This document shows, in pieces, positions 1 to 4,372 of a DNA stretch of 4,372 nt (positions are counted from its first letter, which is position 1; each line of letters opens with the position of its first letter). Both the position numbers and the translations under genes were made by a program. Below the pieces are notes generated by a model. It saw nothing but the letters and a program-made list of their open reading frames with translations, made no database searches and was not told the origin of the DNA. The DNA lies in the IMG/VR virus record IMGVR_UViG_2778261571_000009, positions 1 through 4,372 of that record. One strand, given 5' to 3'. This stretch comes from a virus. Its lineage: Duplodnaviria; Heunggongvirae; Uroviricota; Caudoviricetes.

Positions 1-171
1 ATGTCACTTGCAACCACAGTGAAGGAGAGCAAGTTACAGAGACGCATGTACACGCAGAAAGCTCTCTGGTATCGCCATAATGGTGACCGCGAAGGAATGC
101 GGGTATGCCTTAATTTGTCCAGAGTCGAAGTATTAAACCAGCGTTATTTCCTTGGGCCATGTCCATTCTGA
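1..171 (+). CDS. small ORF (56 aa) directly upstream of erf; possibly an Arf-like accessory recombination protein; may extend upstream of the window
   Basis: ATG at position 1, in-frame TGA at 169-171 (MSLATTVKESKLQRRMYTQKALWYRHNGDREGMRVCLNLSRVEVLNQRYFLGPCPF). Below the size cutoff of the supplied ORF track. Position just 5' of erf matches where arf sits in P22-type left operons (recollection, not sequence-verified). Upstream context is not visible. Confidence 0.4.
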   Translation: MSLATTVKESKLQRRMYTQKALWYRHNGDREGMRVCLNLSRVEVLNQRYFLGPCPF

Positions 172-181
172 GAACAAACAT

Positions 182-787
182 ATGAGCAAAGAATTTTACG
201 CAAGACTGGCAGCTATTCAGGAGAATCTGAACGCGCCAAAAAATCAGTACAACTCATTCGGTAAATATAAATACAGAAGCTGCGAAGATATTCTTGAAGG
301 CGTTAAGCCGTTACTGAATGGTCTGTTTTTATCAATCAGCGATGAAGTTGTGTTGATTGGTGATCGGTATTACGTGAAAGCCACGGCAACTATTACCGAT
401 GGCGAAAACAGTCATACGGCAACCGCTCTTGCACGAGAGGAAGAAAGCAAGAAAGGAATGGATTCTGCACAAGTTACGGGAGCTACAAGCTCTTATGCAC
501 GCAAGTATTGCCTCAATGGTTTGTTCGGCATTGATGATGCGAAAGATGCAGATACAGACGAGCATAAACATCAGCAGAACGCAGCAGCAAAGCAATCAAA
601 ACCATCACCTACACCTGAACAGGTTCTAAAAGCATTCACTGACGCAGCATTGCAGAAAAACACCGTAGAAGAGCTTAAACAGGCGTTCGCCAAAGCGTGG
701 AAGATGCTCGAAGGCACACCGGAGCAGCACAAAGCGCAGGACGTTTACAACATCAGACGAGACGAATTAGAAGGAGCGGCTGCTTAA
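182..787 (+). CDS. erf: Erf-family single-strand annealing protein (essential recombination function), 201 aa
   Basis: ORF 152-787 on the track; I prefer the ATG at 182 (MSKEFYARLAAIQENLNAPKNQYNSFGKYKYRSCEDILEGVKPLL...), which matches my recollection of the P22 Erf N-terminus. The TTG at 152 would only add a 10-aa extension. Stop TAA 785-787. Confidence 0.85.
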   Translation: MSKEFYARLAAIQENLNAPKNQYNSFGKYKYRSCEDILEGVKPLLNGLFLSISDEVVLIGDRYYVKATATITDGENSHTATALAREEESKKGMDSAQVTGATSSYARKYCLNGLFGIDDAKDADTDEHKHQQNAAAKQSKPSPTPEQVLKAFTDAALQKNTVEELKQAFAKAWKMLEGTPEQHKAQDVYNIRRDELEGAAA

Positions 788-1170
788 TGGCACATTCGAT
801 TACTGTAAGACTAAACAAGCCCGCAAGAGAGTTTCAGGCCGGGGAAAATATCGGATTCAACATCCGTGCTGGAGTTCAGTATTACGATCGCCAGACAAAA
901 AAGAAAGAATGGACAAACTACAGCGCCGTTGTATTTGCCAAGCCGGGAGCGCAAGCGGATTACTACCGTAGTGTTCTTGTTGAAGGTGGCATTGTGGAAA
1001 TTACCGGAGAAAACATCAGGGTTGATGTTTATCAGGGGCAAAATGGTCAATCAATCACTCTTGAATTACTGAATGCAAAGATTGGATTTGCAGCTTCAGG
1101 AAATGGCCCGCAGCAGCAAAGTAGTAACCAGCAGAACACTCCTGTATACGACGATTCCATCCCATTCTGA
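787..1170 (+). CDS. ssb: short phage SSB-like single-stranded DNA-binding protein (127 aa) with acidic C-terminal tail ...YDDSIPF
   Basis: ATG at 787-789 overlaps the erf stop (TAATG), with AGGAG at 772-776. The translation ends in DDSIPF, close to the canonical bacterial SSB tail (DDDIPF) that recruits host replication and repair proteins. The central EW...VVFAK...VEGG.VEI.G pattern fits an OB fold. The track start at 697 is an in-frame extension through the erf 3' end and is unlikely. Confidence 0.75.
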   Translation: MAHSITVRLNKPAREFQAGENIGFNIRAGVQYYDRQTKKKEWTNYSAVVFAKPGAQADYYRSVLVEGGIVEITGENIRVDVYQGQNGQSITLELLNAKIGFAASGNGPQQQSSNQQNTPVYDDSIPF

Positions 1171-1193
1171 TTTAGAAAAATAAGGATTTAATT

Positions 1194-1490
1194 ATGCCAG
1201 CGCCTCTGTATGGTGCGGATGACGCGCGCCGCTGTTCCGGCAATTCCGTATCGGAGGTGCTGGATAAATTCAGAAAAAACTACGATCGAATAATGTCTCT
1301 ACCGCAGGAAACGAAAGAGGAAAAGGAATTTCGCCACTGTATATGGCTTGCAGAGAAAGAAGAACGCGAGCGAATTTACCAGACATCAATCCGACCATTC
1401 CGCAAAGCCACATATACCCAATTCCCTGAATATATCGACCCGCGCCTGCGTAATTACCGCTCACGCTATGGCGCTATCAGTAATGACTGA
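1194..1490 (+). CDS. hypothetical protein (98 aa), lambdoid early-left small protein
   Basis: ORF on track. AAGGA at 1182-1186, 7 nt before ATG 1194. Stop TGA 1488-1490. Co-directional and tightly packed with neighbours. No family recognised. Confidence 0.6.
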   Translation: MPAPLYGADDARRCSGNSVSEVLDKFRKNYDRIMSLPQETKEEKEFRHCIWLAEKEERERIYQTSIRPFRKATYTQFPEYIDPRLRNYRSRYGAISND

Positions 1491-1500
1491 GGAATTTACC

Positions 1501-1668
1501 ATGAGAGGACTTGCATACAATCCCGGCATTCTTCCGGCAGAAATGATTATTCGCCAACGCGTAAAGCCAATGCCATCGAGAGAGGAATTGCTTAAGAGAA
1601 AGAGTTTCGGTTCTGTTAATGACAACAAATATCTGAATGCGATGTTGCGCAAAGGAGGCAACCGGTGA
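1501..1668 (+). CDS. hypothetical small protein (55 aa)
   Basis: GAGGAA at 1489-1494, 6 nt before ATG 1501 ([15 protein letters not shown]...). The track lists a longer 1348-1668 ORF, but its 5' part overlaps the previous gene in another frame and lacks an RBS. Stop TGA 1666-1668. Confidence 0.55.
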   Translation: MRGLAYNPGILPAEMIIRQRVKPMPSREELLKRKSFGSVNDNKYLNAMLRKGGNR

Positions 1669-1748
1669 CTGGACATGCAGCGATCCTCGACATGTGCTGT
1701 GGCAGCCGCATGTTCTGGTTAGATAAGAATGACGAACGGGCGAGATAA
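1665..1748 (+). pseudogene. 27-codon remnant resembling the N-terminus of a class I SAM-dependent (DNA?) methyltransferase; probably a truncated gene
   Basis: Strong AGGAGG at 1653-1658, 6 nt before GTG 1665 (overlapping the upstream stop as GTGA). Translation [27 protein letters not shown] then TAA at 1746-1748. 'ILDMCCGS' resembles SAM-binding motif I (hh-D-x-x-x-G-x-G region) at the start of methyltransferases. The ORF ends after 27 codons just before the next gene. Confidence 0.35.
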
Positions 1749-1798
1749 GCGATCGGTTAAGTGCTATAGTAATGCGCTTTTGTATTTATGGAGTGAAT

Positions 1799-2497
1799 AT
1801 GAAAAATATCCTACTGGCATCATTGTTAGTGGCATCGCCGGGTGCATTTGCAGCCAGCTTTGACTGCCAAAAGGCTTCGACAGCAATCGAACATAAAATC
1901 TGCGATAACGAACGTCTGTCAAAATTAGACGAACAGCTTAGCTCTGCCTATTCTAGTGCCCTCAAAGAAAACCCAGAGAACGCAGACACCATAAAAATGG
2001 TTCAACGTCAGTGGGTAAATATGCGTGGAAAACTCACTGATAATAAGGCTCTGGAGCTGGCTTATCTTATCCAAATTAATGGCCTCAAAGGTTTGGGGAG
2101 TTCAGTCAGCGTAACAGCGGCCAATGAGATACCCACGTCGACGCAGAAACATTCTGAAGAGCAGGAAGAAACAAGTAAGGCAGAAGTTAAGTCGGTCAAG
2201 AACGGCAATAAGCTAACCTTAGAGTCATTCCGAGCTAAATATGTAGAAGTAGATGGTGAGTATTACAGCACGACATCCATTCCTAGAGGCAGTTCGTTCT
2301 TGTTCACTTGCGCCAGTCGTATTGCTGATGACCAAGTGAATGTTTGGAAGAAACATGCAGCCAAAGAGGGCAAAATCGACCTATTCTTTGAGGTTGAGAA
2401 TCACTTACACACTGCTATGTTGAACGCCAATTTCCAGAAGTTGAATTCAGACCCTGCCAAAAGAGGTATTTGTAATCTGATTAACGCAGTGCCGTAA
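1799..2497 (+). CDS. secreted (Sec signal peptide) protein with N-terminal DUF1311/LprI-like domain, 232 aa; candidate moron
   Basis: GGAG at 1790-1793, 5 nt before ATG 1799. N-terminus MKNILLASLLVASPGAFA/AS has a basic n-region, hydrophobic core and AxA cleavage motif. The mature N-terminus SFDCQKASTAIEHKICDNERLSKLDEQLSSAY...QRQWVNMR matches the DUF1311 (LprI/YecT-like) pattern sFDC.kA.t..E..IC.d..L..LD..L...Y...QR.W as I remember it. Followed by a hairpin terminator. The track start at 1772 lacks an RBS. Confidence 0.75.
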   Translation: MKNILLASLLVASPGAFAASFDCQKASTAIEHKICDNERLSKLDEQLSSAYSSALKENPENADTIKMVQRQWVNMRGKLTDNKALELAYLIQINGLKGLGSSVSVTAANEIPTSTQKHSEEQEETSKAEVKSVKNGNKLTLESFRAKYVEVDGEYYSTTSIPRGSSFLFTCASRIADDQVNVWKKHAAKEGKIDLFFEVENHLHTAMLNANFQKLNSDPAKRGICNLINAVP

Positions 2498-2507
2498 GTA
2501 AATTTAG

Positions 2508-2537
2508 GGCCACAGTTGTGGCCTTAAATATTTTTTC
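2508..2537 (+). terminator. putative intrinsic terminator after the DUF1311-like gene
   Basis: GGCCAC (2508-2513) / GTGGCC (2518-2523) stem with loop AGTT, followed by TTAAATATTTTTTC containing a T6 run (2531-2536). The T-tract is 7 nt from the stem, so efficiency is uncertain. Confidence 0.5.
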
Positions 2538-2555
2538 AGCCTTTTCTTATTTGTA

Positions 2556-2580
2556 ATAAGCAGTACTTAGTAGTGCTTAT
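2556..2580. promoter_or_regulatory. imperfect 25-bp palindrome in an AT-rich intergenic region upstream of the TGT-like gene; possible operator or regulatory hairpin
   Basis: ATAAGCAGTACTTAGTAGTGCTTAT has perfect 7-bp outer arms ATAAGCA/TGCTTAT and a partly symmetric core. It lies in the roughly 200-bp visibly AT-rich gap 2498-2703. No convincing sigma70 -35/-10 pair could be assigned by eye. Confidence 0.25.
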
Positions 2581-2703
2581 AAAACAGAATAAAAAACATA
2601 TGACTTTGGCGATTACCCAGTAAAGATATTCGAAATAAATGTAAATATCGGCAATGAATAACAATCCTCGCACTCGCGGGGATTTCTTTTATATGGGGAT
2701 AAT

Positions 2704-3504
2704 ATGACCATCCACTTTCACGGCAGCCCAATATGGGGGGATGAGCATGCCCCTACAGATATGCTGATTAAAGCCCTTTACCGTGATGGTGGGGCTTTTG
2801 TTTCATTTGCCAGACCAGAGCAGATGAAAAAGATTGCCATGTTCCCTTGTGATATACGCCTTGATAACGGCGCTTTTAGCGACTGGATGAAAGCATTAAA
2901 GAAAGGCACTCCGGTAGACTGGAGTAAGAGGCGAGCAAAATTCTACGACTTTGTTGGGAAGTGGTTCAGCAGAATTGAATGGTTTCTTATACCTGACGTT
3001 ATCGAAGGGACAGAGGCAGAAAACGACGAGCAGATTGAGTTGGTTCCTGATTGGCTAAAATCAAAAGCGGTTCCGGTCTGGCATACCGACGAATCAATTG
3101 AACGTCTTTTACGCCTTTCTGGCAAATTTGAATGGGTGGCGATTGGATGCTGCGGCCCACACAGGCACATACGCTCTAAATGGTGGGAACAGAGAATGGA
3201 TGAAGTTTTCACTGAGCTTTATATCAATCGTAATTTGAAAGTGAAAATTCATGGTCTTCGAATGCTCGACGTGAGAGTTCTTGGTATGTATCCGTTCGCC
3301 AGTGCGGATTCTACTAATGTTGCTGTTAACGTACCGAAGACAGAGAAGCGATTTCCTGAGATTACTGACAAACTGGCACGTACAGCTGTACTTCGCGCTG
3401 CTATTGAAAAGGTGCACCCGCCATCGATATCAGCATGGGTAGACAGAAAGATGAGAGAGCCGGCGCAAGCCGGTTTTTTATTTGAATTCACCGACGCCGC
3501 TTAA
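2704..3504 (+). CDS. TGT-like (tRNA-guanine transglycosylase fold) protein, 266 aa, lacking the C-terminal zinc subdomain; candidate DpdA-like DNA 7-deazaguanine transglycosylase
   Basis: GGGG at 2695-2698 before ATG 2704. Colinear motif matches to TGT as I remember it: FVSFARPEQ (TGT FHLWLRPGQ), IRLDNGAFS (ILTDSGGFQ), WFLIPDVIEG (IVMIFDEC), FEWVAIGCCG (FDGYAVGGL), MYPFASADSTNV (DMFDCVMPTR). There is no CxCxxC...H cluster after the last motif. Confidence is for the gene being real; the functional call is inference (about 0.5). Confidence 0.7.
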   Translation: MTIHFHGSPIWGDEHAPTDMLIKALYRDGGAFVSFARPEQMKKIAMFPCDIRLDNGAFSDWMKALKKGTPVDWSKRRAKFYDFVGKWFSRIEWFLIPDVIEGTEAENDEQIELVPDWLKSKAVPVWHTDESIERLLRLSGKFEWVAIGCCGPHRHIRSKWWEQRMDEVFTELYINRNLKVKIHGLRMLDVRVLGMYPFASADSTNVAVNVPKTEKRFPEITDKLARTAVLRAAIEKVHPPSISAWVDRKMREPAQAGFLFEFTDAA

Positions 3505-3522
3505 TGCGGATTTCTTTTATCT

Positions 3523-3549
3523 GAACTCGCTACGGCGAGTTTTGTTTTA
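3523..3549 (+). terminator. putative intrinsic terminator after the TGT-like gene
   Basis: Stem ACTCGC (3525-3530) / GCGAGT (3535-3540), loop TACG, extendable by A3524-T3541, followed by TTTGTTTTA. A weaker CCGC/GCGG hairpin spans the stop codon at 3497-3509. Confidence 0.55.
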
Positions 3550-3561
3550 TGGAGATGATAA

Positions 3562-3729
3562 ATGCACTTCCGAGTAACAGGTGAATGGAATGGAGAACCA
3601 TTCAACAGAGTTATCGAAGCAGAGAACATCAACGACTGCTATGACCACTGGATGCTGTGGGCGCAGATGGCACATGCAGACGTAACCAATATTCGAATTG
3701 AAGAACTGAAAGAACACCAAGCCGCCTGA
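3562..3729 (+). CDS. hypothetical small protein (55 aa)
   Basis: GGAG at 3551-3554, 7 nt before ATG 3562. MHFRVTGEWNGEPFNRVIEAENINDCYDHWMLWAQMAHADVTNIRIEELKEHQAA, stop TGA 3727-3729 inside the loop of the following terminator. Not on the ORF track because of size. No family recognised. Confidence 0.5.
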   Translation: MHFRVTGEWNGEPFNRVIEAENINDCYDHWMLWAQMAHADVTNIRIEELKEHQAA

Positions 3730-3742
3730 TGGCGGTTTTTTT
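3719..3742 (+). terminator. intrinsic (rho-independent) terminator
   Basis: AAGCCGCC (3719-3726) pairs with GGCGGTTT (3731-3738): five G-C pairs, one G-U and two A-U. Loop TGAT, then a T-run through 3742 (GGCGGTTTTTTT). Confidence 0.7.
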
Positions 3743-3756
3743 ATTGGAGACAAGAA

Positions 3757-4101
3757 ATGTCAGATTTGGCTATGAAGGTTTTGAAATGGCAATCGACTGG
3801 CGATGTCGGCATCAGTAGCGCAACTCTTGCCTCAATCGCATGTGGACTGAAAAAGAATATCTATGGTCATCACTTCGGCGCTCCACATGACGTAGCCGAT
3901 TTCCGGCGATGCGTTGCACTTGTTGAGCAGATTCCAGAAATCAGAGATTCATTCGACAAGGTTGCAAAGCGCGTTCCGGCATTCAAAGGAATCCTCAACG
4001 AATGGGATTCCCTCGTTGCTCTGTTGAAGTCTGAAATGAAGACGTACGGGAACAAAGCACCAGAGACTTACAGAAGAATCAGCGAGCTACGCAAGGACTA
4101 A
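3757..4101 (+). CDS. hypothetical protein (114 aa)
   Basis: GGAGA at 3746-3750, 6 nt before ATG 3757. ORF on track. Contains a His-rich segment GHHFGAPHD. No family recognised. Stop TAA 4099-4101. Confidence 0.65.
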   Translation: MSDLAMKVLKWQSTGDVGISSATLASIACGLKKNIYGHHFGAPHDVADFRRCVALVEQIPEIRDSFDKVAKRVPAFKGILNEWDSLVALLKSEMKTYGNKAPETYRRISELRKD

Positions 4102-4140
4102 CCCGCCTCACACTCGATGAGGCCTGTTCATATCTGATAG

Positions 4141-4166
4141 AGCCGCAGTATGGCGGTTTATTTTTG
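4141..4166 (+). terminator. possible weak intrinsic terminator upstream of the AlpA/Xis-like gene
   Basis: GCCGC (4142-4146) / GCGGT (4153-4157) stem with one G-U, loop AGTATG, followed by TTTATTTTTG. A separate 6-bp hairpin GCCTCA/TGAGGC at 4105-4123 has no U-tract. Confidence 0.35.
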
Positions 4167-4180
4167 CCTGGAGAATTAAG

Positions 4181-4372
4181 ATGACCGATACCAGCCTGAT
4201 TCCTGAGAAAGAAGTGATGAACAAGCTCGGTGTTTCATCACGTCAGACAATCTGGAACTATACCAAACGGCACGGATTTCCGAAGCCAGTCAGAACCCAC
4301 CCCAAATCATACCTTCGTGAAGCTGTTGAAGGGTGGATTCTTAACGGTGGCGTTAATCAGAAATGCTCCTGA
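4181..4372 (+). CDS. AlpA-family helix-turn-helix DNA-binding protein; putative prophage excisionase (Xis) or regulator, 63 aa
   Basis: GGAGA at 4170-4174 before ATG 4181. ...EVMNKLGVSSRQTIWNYTKRHGFPKPVRTHPKSYLREAVEGWI... matches the AlpA/Xis-type pattern (L.s.stiy.....g.FPkPv.....s..W...ev..W). Location at the 3' end of the left arm is where xis sits just before int. Confidence 0.8.
   Translation: MTDTSLIPEKEVMNKLGVSSRQTIWNYTKRHGFPKPVRTHPKSYLREAVEGWILNGGVNQKCS

Noticed and set aside
152-181. TTG start giving a 10-aa N-terminal extension of Erf (track ORF 152-787)
   Set aside because: The ATG at 182 gives the MSKEFYARL N-terminus I recall for Erf, and the TTG region overlaps the upstream ORF's stop region. 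The extension is unlikely but not excluded.
332-595. Minus-strand ORF (87 aa) inside erf
   Set aside because: Entirely antisense to a well-supported Erf gene; Cys-rich, low-complexity translation typical of a shadow ORF; no RBS noted.
399-629. Plus-strand alternative-frame ORF (76 aa) nested in erf
   Set aside because: Out-of-frame overlap with Erf; no independent start signals.
697-786. N-terminal extension of the SSB-like ORF (track start 697)
   Set aside because: This is an in-frame read-through of the erf 3' end. The ATG at 787 with AGGAG upstream and TAATG coupling is the more plausible start.
811-1072. ORFs 811-1050 (minus strand) and 866-1072 (plus strand, alternative frame) within ssb
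   Set aside because: Overlap the SSB-like gene on the opposite strand or in another frame; no supporting signals.
1348-1500. Long 5' extension of the 55-aa gene (track ORF 1348-1668)
   Set aside because: Overlaps gene 1194-1490 in a different frame; the RBS-backed ATG at 1501 fits the compact operon layout.
1270-1676. Minus-strand ORFs 1270-1464 and 1461-1676
   Set aside because: Antisense to two RBS-supported plus-strand genes; likely shadow ORFs.
1772-1798. Upstream ATG at 1772 for the DUF1311-like gene
   Set aside because: It adds MRFCIYGVN before a canonical signal peptide and lacks an RBS. The ATG at 1799 has GGAG at proper spacing and yields a proper n-region.
2600-2623. Tiny ORF ATG...TAA (7 codons) in the AT-rich spacer
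   Set aside because: Too short and without an RBS; treated as non-coding regulatory DNA.
2943-3491. Three minus-strand ORFs (2943-3212, 3109-3417, 3249-3491) inside the TGT-like gene
   Set aside because: All antisense to a 266-aa ORF with multi-motif family support; translations are low-complexity.
2704-3504. Alternative readings of the 266-aa protein as a metal-dependent amidohydrolase (N-terminal HFH) or a PD-(D/E)xK nuclease (PDVIEG)
   Set aside because: Only single short motifs support these, whereas the TGT-like assignment is supported by five colinear motifs. They remain possible until a profile search is run.
3547-3753. Minus-strand ORF (68 aa) spanning the 55-aa gene and terminator
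   Set aside because: Antisense to an RBS-supported plus-strand ORF and crosses a terminator hairpin; considered spurious.
3870-4055. Minus-strand ORF (61 aa) within the 114-aa gene
   Set aside because: Antisense shadow ORF without start signals.
1-4372. Search by eye for tRNA/rRNA genes, CRISPR repeats, IS elements with terminal inverted repeats, or att-like direct repeats
   Set aside because: No cloverleaf-compatible segments, no regularly spaced direct repeats, and no transposase-like ORFs or terminal inverted repeats were seen. The only repeats are short terminator-type hairpins and the intergenic boundary motif reported above.

Overview
All convincing genes are on the + strand and form one co-directional operon-like array that looks like the early-left (recombination to excision) arm of a P22-like/lambdoid enterobacterial prophage. 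Order: small ORF (1-171), Erf-family annealing protein (182-787), short SSB-like protein (787-1170, TAATG-coupled), two small hypothetical ORFs (1194-1490, 1501-1668), a 27-codon remnant resembling the N-terminus of a SAM-dependent methyltransferase (1665-1748), then terminator-bracketed cargo: a signal-peptide DUF1311/LprI-like protein (1799-2497), a 266-aa protein with colinear tRNA-guanine-transglycosylase-like motifs (2704-3504, candidate DpdA-like DNA transglycosylase), two unknown ORFs (3562-3729, 3757-4101), and an AlpA/Xis-like protein (4181-4372). Integrase is presumably just downstream, outside the window. No tRNA, rRNA, CRISPR or IS element was seen. The most interesting call is the stand-alone TGT-like gene sitting beside a decayed methyltransferase start, which suggests a DNA-modification (anti-restriction) hotspot. 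All family assignments are from reading the translations against remembered motifs; no searches were run.
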